This document shows positions 48,701 through 58,455 of a stretch of 64,000 nt of DNA, piece after piece. Position 1 is the first letter of the stretch, and every line of letters begins with the position of its first letter. The stretch is from contig JAZURI010000002.1 of NCBI GenBank assembly GCA_045606105.1, forward strand, positions 128,001 through 192,000. The letters run 5' to 3'. The notes under the pieces were generated by a model that saw only the letters and a list, made by a program, of their open reading frames with translations, made no database searches and had not been told where the DNA came from. Origin of the DNA: Spirochaetia bacterium (GTDB taxonomy: Bacteria > Spirochaetota > Spirochaetia > CADAEX01). The translations under genes were made by a program, and so were the position numbers.

Positions 48701-49803
48701 TTTTTTTTTACCGATGAGATAATCACATTATCCTTGTCAAATATGTATATTTCCCCGGTGCTTTTCTCCATGGAGATCTTGCCGGCCCGGCGACCGGTAC
48801 TGTCGGTAATGACAAAATCGTAGCTGTCCTCAGTTTCGGAAGGTTTTGGGGAGATTACGCAGCCTCGGATGTCAAGAAAGCTTCTGAAGGAGTCATCGTT
48901 TACCATGTATTTAAGCTCCTCCAACTTTGAAACCGCCTTTTTTTCCGCAACTGTACGGATATCGAAATGAGAATCTATGTTGAAAAGCCTTTCCTTTAGC
49001 TCATGAAGCGTACAGACTGTATCACCGAGGGTAAAGGCTCCGTTTCCGAAGCTGAATACAGCAGAACAGAGAGTGGAACCGTCGGAACGGTGAATATCAT
49101 ACCCTTTACTTTGATAATCATCCTGTTTTTCCTTGAGATAAAGCTTTTTTTCTTTGAGATAAGATGAAAGGGCAGGATCTTCCATTATGGCTTCAAAATC
49201 CCCCAGAAGAGGAAAAACCGCACTGAATCTTTTTGCAGTGCCGTCGTAATGCCTTTCCAGGAAGTTTCTGATATCATCGGTTCCGTTCAGAACAGCGGAA
49301 TCTGAACCGTTATGGGTTTCTGCCGTTATTTTATCCGAAACGGAAACAGTAAAGAATGCTGCTCCGCCGGACAGGAGAAATATCCTGTTTCCCCGCAGAA
49401 CAGGTGTCAGGCCGTATTTTTCATACAGCCGGAGAGCATCTTCCCCTTCAGAATAAAGAAGAAGAGCCTCCCTGAGCCTGGCCTCTCCGTACTCGCTGAG
49501 AAGCCTGTCCACCGCATTGTAATAAAGGGCGTAGTCTGAACCGTCATTTTTATCTGATTCTCCGGAAGGCAGGGTGTTACCATAGGAATTTGTCTTCAGA
49601 CCGAGAAATTCCCTGACCTCGTTAAGGTCATCCCCCAGCCCGTCAACCGAAAAGTCCAGCTGATTAAGATTTCCGGCCGTCTCCTTTATTTCGGTATAAA
49701 GCCGGTTTACTGCACGGTAGGTCCGGTAATTGAAAAAAAACAGACTTCCCACACAGATCAGGGCAAGGGTAATGATTACTGCATTACGGAGCCTTCCTCT
49801 CAT
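48697..49803 (-). CDS. membrane-anchored protein; N-terminal part of the frameshifted LCP gene
   Basis: N-terminal TM; ends GTA AAA AAA AAC TGA; -1 frame continues into the LCP domain. Confidence 0.8.
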   Translation of the reverse strand: MRGRLRNAVIITLALICVGSLFFFNYRTYRAVNRLYTEIKETAGNLNQLDFSVDGLGDDLNEVREFLGLKTNSYGNTLPSGESDKNDGSDYALYYNAVDRLLSEYGEARLREALLLYSEGEDALRLYEKYGLTPVLRGNRIFLLSGGAAFFTVSVSDKITAETHNGSDSAVLNGTDDIRNFLERHYDGTAKRFSAVFPLLGDFEAIMEDPALSSYLKEKKLYLKEKQDDYQSKGYDIHRSDGSTLCSAVFSFGNGAFTLGDTVCTLHELKERLFNIDSHFDIRTVAEKKAVSKLEELKYMVNDDSFRSFLDIRGCVISPKPSETEDSYDFVITDSTGRRAGKISMEKSTGEIYIFDKDNVIISSVKKN

Positions 49804-51053
49804 TAATGCCTGAAACTCCTCTGGCCGGTATAAACCATGGCGGCATTGAATTCGTTGCAGGCCTCGATGGATTCAAAATCCCTGAGGGATCCGCCCGGCT
49901 GAACCACGGCTGTTACCCCTTCCTTAAGCCCGATATCGATTCCGTCCCTGAACGGGAAGAAGGCATCGGAAACCATGATGCTTCCCTTGAGACCGCCGTT
50001 TTCAGCCTTTACCACATCCTCGATTGCCTTTCTCTTGTCAGGATCTGTAAGGTTATACCAGGATTTTGCATAAAGATCCCAACAGATTCTGTCACACATT
50101 TTCTTGTAGGCCTTGTCTCTTGCAATTTCTGCAACACCTACCCTGTCCTGCTCTCCGGTACCGATTCCCACTGTAACGCCGTCCTTTACATAGATGACGG
50201 AGTTGCTGGTTACACCGCTTTCAACAAGCCAGCCGAAGATGATATCGTCGAATTCCTTGTCTGTAGGAGCTCTGTTTACCCTGTATTCCTGACCCTTGTA
50301 TTCGCATACCGCAGGGAGGAAATCCTCTTTCTTTCTTGCAACCGGAAGATAGGACCACTGGGTAATGATTCCGCCGTCAAGAATGGACTTGAAATCGAGG
50401 AAACGGGTATATGCAAACTCATGGAGCCTGTCGATATTCTTTATGCGCATAACACGGAGATTCTTCTTGGACTGGAAAAGCTCGAATGCCTTAGGTGAGA
50501 ATTCAGGTGCGGCAACAACCTCCACATATCCTTCGCATACCTGCTCTGCAGTTTCGATATCCACCTCGCGGTTAAGGATTACCGCACCGCCGAAGGCTGC
50601 AATCCTGTCTGCCATAAGGGACTTATGGAATGCATCCACAAGAGTTTCTCCCTTGGCTACACCGGACGGGTTGTTGTGCTTGATGATGACACTGCATGGT
50701 GTATCCTGGAAAAAGCGGAGAATGTTAAGACCGTTGTCTACATCTGTGATATTGATCTTTCCGGGATGCTTGCCGGACTGAAGAAGCTCCACATCGGAAG
50801 CAAGGTACTTTCCGTTCAGGACAGTTTCCACACCGCCGATGGAAAGGTTGCCGTTGATAAGCTTGTACATGGCTGCAGGCTGATCAGGGTTTTCCCCGTA
50901 TCTGAGTCCCAGTCTTTCCCCGCCGATGTCCCACTGCACCTTCTCGTAGCACAGGGTCTGCTTTCCGGCCTCTCCCCTGAAGGAAATATCCATGAATTCA
51001 GGAAAGGCGTCCTTGTTGATGTTCTTATACATATCCTTGAGATTTTCTGCCAT
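49803..51053 (-). CDS. AICAR transformylase (PurH C-terminal part, stand-alone)
   Basis: LRYGENPDQ, KHNNP, AFGG, GIGTGEQDRV, SDAFFPF, QPGGS; ATG 51053 has better RBS spacing than 51059. Confidence 0.9.
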   Translation of the reverse strand: MAENLKDMYKNINKDAFPEFMDISFRGEAGKQTLCYEKVQWDIGGERLGLRYGENPDQPAAMYKLINGNLSIGGVETVLNGKYLASDVELLQSGKHPGKINITDVDNGLNILRFFQDTPCSVIIKHNNPSGVAKGETLVDAFHKSLMADRIAAFGGAVILNREVDIETAEQVCEGYVEVVAAPEFSPKAFELFQSKKNLRVMRIKNIDRLHEFAYTRFLDFKSILDGGIITQWSYLPVARKKEDFLPAVCEYKGQEYRVNRAPTDKEFDDIIFGWLVESGVTSNSVIYVKDGVTVGIGTGEQDRVGVAEIARDKAYKKMCDRICWDLYAKSWYNLTDPDKRKAIEDVVKAENGGLKGSIMVSDAFFPFRDGIDIGLKEGVTAVVQPGGSLRDFESIEACNEFNAAMVYTGQRSFRH

Positions 51054-51063
51054 TTTCATATCC

Positions 51064-51741
51064 TTAGTGAAGATTATAGATTCCGGCAGCCTTTTCTGCT
51101 GTTATGCCGGAAAGGTAGTTGATGATAGCTGTATCGTATGCTGATGTCTTTCCGAAAGTAACCTTTGCAAGGCGGAATCTTTCGGCCAGAGCCATTTCAC
51201 CGTTGTTAGCCTCCAGATGGCTGATGATTGCACCGTATTCTGCAGGATCTGCAACAGAAGCAACCCTGAGGTAGTTCTTGGCTGATGCCCTCAGCATGCA
51301 AGGTCCGCCGATATCGATGTTTCCTCTTGCATTTTCAGGAGTTGCATCTGCCTTTGCAACAGTCTTTTCAAAAGGATAGAGATTCACGACAATCATGTCG
51401 AAAACTGTAGCCTCTGTTCTGGCAATATCCTTCTTATGCTCTTCGTTGTAGGTTTCGCTGAGGATTCCCAGATAGATCTTGAAATCAAGGGTCTTAACCA
51501 GACCGCCCTGCATTTCAGGCTGCTTTGTATAATCGGAAACCTGAATAAGTGTTCCCTCTGCCTTATCGCCAAGAACATCCCTGATATAGGTATATGTTCC
51601 GCCGGTGGAGTAGATTCTGATGTCAGGATTGATGCAAACCAGCTTCCTTACAAATTCGTCCAGACCTGTCTTGTCTGAAACACTGATAAGGACATTTCTG
51701 ATTTTTACCTTATCATCGATTTCTGTTACGTTGTTGATCAT
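51064..51741 (-). CDS. IMP cyclohydrolase (PurH N-terminal MGS-like part, stand-alone)
   Basis: LISVSDKTGL, STGGT, GLVKTL, VNLYPF, IDIGGP; start 51741 after GAGG. Confidence 0.9.
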   Translation of the reverse strand: MINNVTEIDDKVKIRNVLISVSDKTGLDEFVRKLVCINPDIRIYSTGGTYTYIRDVLGDKAEGTLIQVSDYTKQPEMQGGLVKTLDFKIYLGILSETYNEEHKKDIARTEATVFDMIVVNLYPFEKTVAKADATPENARGNIDIGGPCMLRASAKNYLRVASVADPAEYGAIISHLEANNGEMALAERFRLAKVTFGKTSAYDTAIINYLSGITAEKAAGIYNLH

Positions 51742-51763
51742 AGTTTTACCTCTGTTTATATGT

Positions 51764-54481
51764 TTATGCACCGTGACAATGCTTGAACTTTTTTCCGCTT
51801 CCGCATGGGCATGGATCATTTCTTCCCACCTTAGGGGTTGATCTTACCACCTGTATCTGTTTTCCGTCAGGCTGCTGAGGTGCCCTTCCCTGAGCCACAT
51901 TCCTGTGTGCCGCAAACTGTGCCGATTCCTGGTGTGTAGCCACGGAGGCACTTCTCTGTCTCGGCTTTTCCTCATATTTTTCAATCCGTACATTGATTAC
52001 CTTTCTGGCAATGATACGCCTTATATCCTCAATCATTTTGTCGAAAATATCGAAGCCTTCCAGCTTGTACTCCAGCAGCGGGTTCTTCTGGCCGTAGGTA
52101 CGGAGATTCACCGCCTCCTTCAGGGCATCAAGAGCCTCCAGATGCTCCTGCCACTTGATATCGATGATCCTGAGATATTCCATCTTGGCAAACATGTTGA
52201 AATCATCCCTTCCTACCTTTTCAGCCTTGCTGTCCAGGTCATCGGAAATATATTTTACTATTGCTTCCTTCAGCTGCTCCGGAGTTTCGTAGGACGAAAC
52301 ATCAAGAACGCTGTCCGCATTGAAGAAAAGCTTTTCCCTGAAGCTCTCCAGCGCTTCCGGAATATCGGACTGCTCCTTGACCTTATCGAAGAACTCATCG
52401 GCAAAATCCTTTATGATGCCTTTGATCCTGTCAAGGAAATTCATGTCTGCAATGACATCCTCCCTCTGGGAATAGATGAACTTTCTGTGTTCGCTGAGAA
52501 CATTGTCGTAATCGAGAAGATGCTTTCTGATTTCGTAGTTTCTTTCCTCAACCTTCTTCTGGGCATTTTCTATGGATTTGCTTATCCATGGGTGACGGAT
52601 TGGCTCGTTGTCCTTCATTCCCACCTTTGCCATCATGGATTTGAGGTTGTCACCGCCGAAAAGTCTCATGAGGGTATCGTCCAGAGAGATATAGAACCTG
52701 GATTTTCCCGGGTCTCCCTGACGTCCTGAACGACCTCTCAGCTGGTTGTCGATTCGTCTTGATTCATGTCTTTCGGTACCGATAACATAAAGACCGCCCA
52801 GGGACTTGATCTCTTCGTAGTCCTTTCTCCATTTGACCATGGCCTTTTCCAGGGCCTTTTCAAATTCCTCCGGAGTTGCCTCTGTACCGGCATTTTTACG
52901 GGCTATGTATTCAGGGTTTCCACCAAGCTTGATGTCTGTACCGCGTCCTGCCATGTTTGTAGCAATGGTTACCGCACCTTTTGCACCGGCTCCTGAGATA
53001 ATCATGGCTTCGCGGGCATGGTTCTTGGCATTGAGCACCTCATGCCTGATTCCCCGTCTGCTGAGCAGCGAGGAAAGGAGCTCCGACTTCTCGATGGAAA
53101 CGGTTCCCACCAGTACCGGCTGTCCCTTTTTGTAGACTGATTCTATCTCATCACAGATAGCCTTGAACTTTATCTCCTCGTTAAGATAGATCTCATCATC
53201 CATGTCCTTTCTGGCCACCGGACGGTTTGTAGGGATTACAACCACATCCAGGTCATATATCTTGGTAAATTCCCTGGCTTCGGTATCGGCTGTACCGGTC
53301 ATACCGGAAAGCTTGTCATACATCTTGAAGTAATTCTGGAAGGTGATGGTGGCGTGGGTCCTGTTCTTTCTGGCTACCTTGATCTTTTCCTTTGCCTCTA
53401 TGGCCTGATGGAGACCGTCGGAATAACGGCGTCCCGAAAGGATACGACCTGTGAATTCGTCAACAATCTGTACCTGCCCCTCCTGAACCACATAATCCAC
53501 ATCAAGATGGAAAAGCTTATGAGCCTTGAGAGCCTGTGTAAAATAATGGATATATTCAAAGTTTTCGTCTGAAAAGAGAGAGCCTTCAATAAAATGATAC
53601 TTGAGGAGGAGGCTCTCGATCTTGTTCATACCCTCATCGGTAAAGGTAACATGCTTTGTCTTTTCCTGAAGCTTGAAATCCCCTTTGAGAAGAGCATCCT
53701 CCTCCGGATAGGTTCCTGTTTCGGGATCCTTTTCGCATTCAACCAGGAACGGAACCAGTTTGTCCACCTGATAGAACTTTTCGGTATCATCCTCGGCCGC
53801 ACCGGAAATGATAAGCGGAGTTCTGGCCTCGTCGATGAGGATGGAGTCGATTTCGTCCACAATGGCAAAGCTGTGACCTCTCTGTACCCGCTGGGAATTG
53901 TTCCAGCGCATGTTGTCACGGAGATAATCGAAACCCAGCTCATTGTTTGTGGCATAGGTGATATCACATTCATAGGCCTTTCTCTTGGCCTCAAAATCCA
54001 TGTTGGAAAGAACGGTACCTACGGTTATGCCGAGAAAGTTGTGGACCCGTCCCATCCACTGGGCATCACGCTCGGCAAGATAGTCGTTGACAGTGACGAT
54101 ATGGACTCCCTTTCCCGAAAGTGCATTGAGGTATGCGGCCGTGATACTGGCCAGAGTCTTTCCTTCACCGGTCTTCATTTCGGTGATCTTTCCCTGATGG
54201 AGAACTATTCCTCCGAGAATCTGTACATCGTACGGTCTCTCTCCCAGAACCCTTCTTGCAGCCTCACGGCAGAGGGCAAAAGCTTCCGGCAGGATATCAT
54301 CCAGGGTCTCTCCCGCAGAAAGACGCTTCCTGAAATCCTCAGTAATGCCTTTAAAGTCTTCATCCCGCAGGGACAGGGCCCAGGCCTCCTTTGCATTGAC
54401 CTGATGCAGCAACGGCAGCAAAGACTTTAGGTCTTTATCATGCTTGGACCCGAAAATGGCCTCAACAACTTTATCCAGCAT
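51764..54481 (-). CDS. secA: preprotein translocase SecA
   Basis: [48 protein letters not shown]. Confidence 0.98.
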   Translation of the reverse strand: MLDKVVEAIFGSKHDKDLKSLLPLLHQVNAKEAWALSLRDEDFKGITEDFRKRLSAGETLDDILPEAFALCREAARRVLGERPYDVQILGGIVLHQGKITEMKTGEGKTLASITAAYLNALSGKGVHIVTVNDYLAERDAQWMGRVHNFLGITVGTVLSNMDFEAKRKAYECDITYATNNELGFDYLRDNMRWNNSQRVQRGHSFAIVDEIDSILIDEARTPLIISGAAEDDTEKFYQVDKLVPFLVECEKDPETGTYPEEDALLKGDFKLQEKTKHVTFTDEGMNKIESLLLKYHFIEGSLFSDENFEYIHYFTQALKAHKLFHLDVDYVVQEGQVQIVDEFTGRILSGRRYSDGLHQAIEAKEKIKVARKNRTHATITFQNYFKMYDKLSGMTGTADTEAREFTKIYDLDVVVIPTNRPVARKDMDDEIYLNEEIKFKAICDEIESVYKKGQPVLVGTVSIEKSELLSSLLSRRGIRHEVLNAKNHAREAMIISGAGAKGAVTIATNMAGRGTDIKLGGNPEYIARKNAGTEATPEEFEKALEKAMVKWRKDYEEIKSLGGLYVIGTERHESRRIDNQLRGRSGRQGDPGKSRFYISLDDTLMRLFGGDNLKSMMAKVGMKDNEPIRHPWISKSIENAQKKVEERNYEIRKHLLDYDNVLSEHRKFIYSQREDVIADMNFLDRIKGIIKDFADEFFDKVKEQSDIPEALESFREKLFFNADSVLDVSSYETPEQLKEAIVKYISDDLDSKAEKVGRDDFNMFAKMEYLRIIDIKWQEHLEALDALKEAVNLRTYGQKNPLLEYKLEGFDIFDKMIEDIRRIIARKVINVRIEKYEEKPRQRSASVATHQESAQFAAHRNVAQGRAPQQPDGKQIQVVRSTPKVGRNDPCPCGSGKKFKHCHGA

Positions 54482-54592
54482 ATAATCCTCCGAAAATATA
54501 ATACAGCAAAACTACCTAATACACAAGTAAACTGTAAAATTTTAAAATTTTATTAAACCTTGGAGCAGGAATTCCGATATATATAATGTCGA

Positions 54593-54669
54593 GGAAATAT
54601 AGTTCCCCTCCCAGTTAACTATATTCAAGTCGATTCTTCGGGCTGATTGAAAAATCAGCCTTTTTTTTT
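54593..54669 (+). ncRNA. candidate sRNA with anti-SD loop
   Basis: TATAAT at 54582-54587; 9-bp stem with CCCCTCCC loop; own plus-strand terminator; no plus-strand CDS nearby. Confidence 0.5.
54641..54669 (+). terminator. orphan plus-strand intrinsic terminator
   Basis: GGCTGATT-GAAA-AATCAGCC-T9. Confidence 0.85.
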
Positions 54670-54681
54670 ATCCCTGAAGAC

Positions 54682-54714
54682 AAAAAAAAACCTTGGTCCG
54701 ACATAGGACCAAGG
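54682..54714 (-). terminator. fusA terminator
   Basis: CCTTGGTCC-tatgtc-GGACCAAGG-T9 on minus strand. Confidence 0.85.
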
Positions 54715-54745
54715 AGTTTGTCAATAGAGTTAAATCAAGGATAAA

Positions 54746-56830
54746 TCAGGCCTGTGCTGCCTCTCTCTTAGCCTTTGCGTCTGCAATTACTGCCTCTGCA
54801 ATCTTTCCTGTTACCGGACTGTAATGATCGAATTCAACTTCGAAGGAACCGGTTCCTGATGTAAGAGAACGGAGATCAATTGCATATCTGAGAAGCTCTG
54901 CCTGTGGTACTTCTGCATTTACCTGCTGGATTCCACCTCCCATGCTGTCCTGACCAAGTACTTTTCCTCTCTTTGAACTGAGATCTGAAAGAACATCTCC
55001 GAGATACTGGTCATCCACAAAAACTGAAAGCTTCATAACAGGCTCCAGGAGAACAGGAGAAGCCTTTTCAATAACTTCGCGCAGACAACCTTTCGCCGCC
55101 AGTTTGAATGCCATTTCCGATGAATCGACAGGATGTTCCTTACCGTCAAAAAGATTTACCTCTATGTCCACAATCGGATATCCTGCAAGAACACCTTCCT
55201 GCATTCCTTCCGCAATACCCTTTTCAATACCAGGAATGTAACCCTTTGATACGGCACCACCCTTGATAGTATTGATGAATCTGAGATATTCGCCTCTTTC
55301 GATAGGCTGGATCTCAAAATGAACCTCACCGAACTGACCGTGACCGCCGGACTGTTTCTTGTGTCTATAGCTTCCGGATGCCTTCTTGGTGATTGTTTCC
55401 CTGTATGCAACCTGAGGAACCTTTGTAACAATCTTGATTTTCTGCTTGTCGCGGATCTTGTCCAGAATCATGTTGATCTGGAGCTCACCCATTCCGGAAA
55501 TGATGGTTTCCTTTGTTTCTGTGTTATAGGAAATACGGAATGTGTTATCTTCCATTGCTGCCTTCTGCATGAACTGGCTGAGCTTGTCCTCATCCTTCTT
55601 GTCAACAGCGGATACTGTTACAGAGAATGTAGGGGTAGGAAGTCTGAGAGGGATGAATCTGTTCTTCAGTTCACCTGTGAACAGTGTGTCATTAGTCAAT
55701 GTAAGAGGCATCTTTGATACGATACCGATATCTCCCGCTGTAAGCTCCTTGACTTCCATGAGCTTCTTACCTACCGCTGTATAGATCTTTGTTACCTTTT
55801 CCTTCTTTCCTTCCCTGAGGTTCATGAGTTCGGTATCCTGAGTAATGGTACCTGATACACATTTCCAGTAGGAAAGCTTTCCGGAGAACTGGTCGATGGT
55901 TGTCTTGATTGTGAAAACCTTGATATCTCCGTCCGGTGTGATAGGGGTAGGAATCTTGTTCATTTCTTCATCGAGAAGAATGTCGTTGAATCCGAGAGGA
56001 CACGGTGAAAGCTCTGCAATGAAGTCGATAAGAGCTGCAATACCTGAGCATACAGCTGCAGAACCGCAGAGAACAGGAGCAATCTTGTTGTCGCGGAGAC
56101 CTGCCTGGATAGCCTTCTTTACATCCTCAATGCTGAGAGTTCCCTCTTCAAGATATCTTTCCATGATTTCATCGTCGCCCTCTGCGGCTCCTTCAATCAT
56201 GATTTCCTTGAATTCATTTACCATATCGGCATATTCTGCAGGAATTTCAGTTGCTGCCTCGATTTTTCCGGAAGCAGGAATCATGTAAGCCTTGTCGTTG
56301 AGAATATCGATGACTCCCTTGAAATCCTTTGCATCGCCGACAGGGATTGTGATAGGAACAAATGTCTTTCCGAATTTCTTCTTGATATCGTCAAGAGCCG
56401 CCTGATATGATGCCCTGTCCTTGTCCATCTTGTTGATGAAAACAAATCTAGGGATATTTCTTGAATCAAGACGCTGCCAGAGTTTCATTGTTTCAATCTG
56501 GGCACCTGTATCGGCACCAACCAGAAGCAGACCTGTCTCACATGCTCTGAGACCGAGAATAACCTCTCCCACGAAATCGGAAGCACCCGGAGTATCTACG
56601 AAGTTAAGCTTTTTATCATCTTTAAAAATATGAGATAATGTTGAATGGAATGAAATTTTCTTTTCAATTTCTTCTTCTGTATAGTCACTTACGGTCTTGC
56701 CGCTTTCTGTAGTTTCTGCCTTTGAAATCATACCACCGGTGAACAGAATCTGCTCAAGCAAAGTTGTTTTACCTGTGCCGACATGTCCGGCCAATGCTGT
56801 GTTTTTAATTTGTTCAGTAGTAAATTCCAT
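54746..56830 (-). CDS. fusA: elongation factor G paralogue (divergent EF-G II type)
   Basis: GHVGTGKTT, DTPG, NKMD, GMGELQ, KKQSGGHGQF, DSSEMAF; switch I reads KKISF rather than RGITI. Confidence 0.92.
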   Translation of the reverse strand: MEFTTEQIKNTALAGHVGTGKTTLLEQILFTGGMISKAETTESGKTVSDYTEEEIEKKISFHSTLSHIFKDDKKLNFVDTPGASDFVGEVILGLRACETGLLLVGADTGAQIETMKLWQRLDSRNIPRFVFINKMDKDRASYQAALDDIKKKFGKTFVPITIPVGDAKDFKGVIDILNDKAYMIPASGKIEAATEIPAEYADMVNEFKEIMIEGAAEGDDEIMERYLEEGTLSIEDVKKAIQAGLRDNKIAPVLCGSAAVCSGIAALIDFIAELSPCPLGFNDILLDEEMNKIPTPITPDGDIKVFTIKTTIDQFSGKLSYWKCVSGTITQDTELMNLREGKKEKVTKIYTAVGKKLMEVKELTAGDIGIVSKMPLTLTNDTLFTGELKNRFIPLRLPTPTFSVTVSAVDKKDEDKLSQFMQKAAMEDNTFRISYNTETKETIISGMGELQINMILDKIRDKQKIKIVTKVPQVAYRETITKKASGSYRHKKQSGGHGQFGEVHFEIQPIERGEYLRFINTIKGGAVSKGYIPGIEKGIAEGMQEGVLAGYPIVDIEVNLFDGKEHPVDSSEMAFKLAAKGCLREVIEKASPVLLEPVMKLSVFVDDQYLGDVLSDLSSKRGKVLGQDSMGGGIQQVNAEVPQAELLRYAIDLRSLTSGTGSFEVEFDHYSPVTGKIAEAVIADAKAKREAAQA

Positions 56831-56914
56831 AAATAAGACCTCCTCTTTAACTACCTTTATATGATAAAAGGCACTTCAGGGAGTTGTCAACCAAAAAATG
56901 GATTTCGTTGAAAA

Positions 56915-57289
56915 TTAGTTGTTTTTAAGGGAATTTATGAAATTTTTGAGGCAAAAAAAGCTTTTTTCACTGATATCATGCTCGATTTTACATGCATCAG
57001 AGTCAGCAGTTTCTGCATCCACCCCTATTTTTTCCAGAAAGTCTGCAATTACCTTATGTTTTTCATAAATACGGTCTGCAATTTTCTTTCCTTCATCGGT
57101 AAGGGAAATGGATGAGTCACTGTTGATGGTTATGTAACCTGCATCTGCCAGAGAATGTACCGCGGCGCTGACCGAAGGCTTGGAGAATCCCATGGCCCGT
57201 GCTATATCGACGGAGCGTACCTTTTCCTTTTCACCCTGGAGAACCACGATGGTCTCCAGGTACATTTCTGCAGATTCCTGAATTTTCAT
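56915..57289 (-). CDS. DtxR/MntR-family metal-dependent regulator
   Basis: EMYLETI, RSVDIA..FSKPSVS, DACKIEH. Confidence 0.9.
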   Translation of the reverse strand: MKIQESAEMYLETIVVLQGEKEKVRSVDIARAMGFSKPSVSAAVHSLADAGYITINSDSSISLTDEGKKIADRIYEKHKVIADFLEKIGVDAETADSDACKIEHDISEKSFFCLKNFINSLKNN

Positions 57290-58455
57290 TACGGCTTAAG
57301 CTCCGACATGATGTCTTCGTTGGTTGAGATAGGGCTGTTGTTTTCCTTTGCAATATCGTAGGCTGTCTTTCCTTCGCCGGACTTGGCTGTAATGTCAGCC
57401 CCTTCCTCAAGAAGGGTTTCGATCATTCCCACAGATTCGCTGAAAAGGGCTGCAACCATAAGCGGTGTCATACCTCTCGGATCCCTGCCGTTTACATCGG
57501 CACCGGCCTTGATAAGGTTCTTTGCAATCATTGTGTTGCTGTTCTTCATGGCAACATACATGAGTGCTGAAAGTCCGTTCTTGTCGGTCTGCTTCGGATC
57601 TGCTCCCAGCTCCAGAAATGTATCAATTACTTCAGAGTTGAAGTTATAAGAACATGCATAGAGGAACGGTGAGAAACCGGCCGGTGTCATATCAGAAACA
57701 GAAACTCCCAGTCCGTGGAGATATTTTATAACTTCAGGGTTAGGATTGAAGCATGCGGCCATGATCATCGGTGTGAAATCTTTTACACGGCAATTGTAGT
57801 CTGCCCCTTTTTCCACAAGCATCTTAAGGACATCCACATTGTGGTTTGACATTGCAGTCTGCATTATAACCGGATATCCCTTCCTGTTTTCGGCATTCAT
57901 GTCTGCACCCAGGGAGATAAGGGTTTCGGCAACCTTTGGGTTTTCGTTCTTGGTAACCGCGAACATAAGGGCTGTGAATCCGTCGATGTTCCTGTCTTCA
58001 AGATCGGCTCCTGCCTCCACGAGAACCTTGATGACATCGGTCTTGATATTTCCGCCGGCAGCTGCCATAAGAGGGGAAAGTCCGTCCTTGTTCTTGAGGT
58101 TCACATCTGCTCCGGCCTTGATAAGCTCGTTGAAGATTTCGATATTTGTTGTGGTCTGGGCTGCAAAGAGGAGAGCTGAATCGCCGTGGATATCAACCTC
58201 GTTTACCTTTGCTCCGTGCCTGAGAATAATCTTAACTGCCTCCAGGGCATTGTCGTTCTGTGCAGCAATCATGAGAGGAGTTGTATAAAGCTCTCCGCTT
58301 CCGCTGTTGACTCTGGCACCGTCTTTGATGGCCTGTTCAATGGCTTCAGGATTATTCTGTCTTACTATCTCGGCAAAAGCATCAGACTTCTTGTCACAGA
58401 ATGCTGCAACCGGCATAACAAAGGCAATGAACAATACAAATAATTTTTTTAACAT
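57289..58455 (-). CDS. exported ankyrin-repeat protein (about 10 repeats)
   Basis: Signal peptide; repeated TPLMxAA...GADVN units. Confidence 0.9.
   Translation of the reverse strand: MLKKLFVLFIAFVMPVAAFCDKKSDAFAEIVRQNNPEAIEQAIKDGARVNSGSGELYTTPLMIAAQNDNALEAVKIILRHGAKVNEVDIHGDSALLFAAQTTTNIEIFNELIKAGADVNLKNKDGLSPLMAAAGGNIKTDVIKVLVEAGADLEDRNIDGFTALMFAVTKNENPKVAETLISLGADMNAENRKGYPVIMQTAMSNHNVDVLKMLVEKGADYNCRVKDFTPMIMAACFNPNPEVIKYLHGLGVSVSDMTPAGFSPFLYACSYNFNSEVIDTFLELGADPKQTDKNGLSALMYVAMKNSNTMIAKNLIKAGADVNGRDPRGMTPLMVAALFSESVGMIETLLEEGADITAKSGEGKTAYDIAKENNSPISTNEDIMSELKP

Noticed and set aside
54586-54618. Mini-ORF MSRKYSSPPS* in the sRNA candidate
   Set aside because: The ATG overlaps the -10 box and has no suitably spaced RBS.
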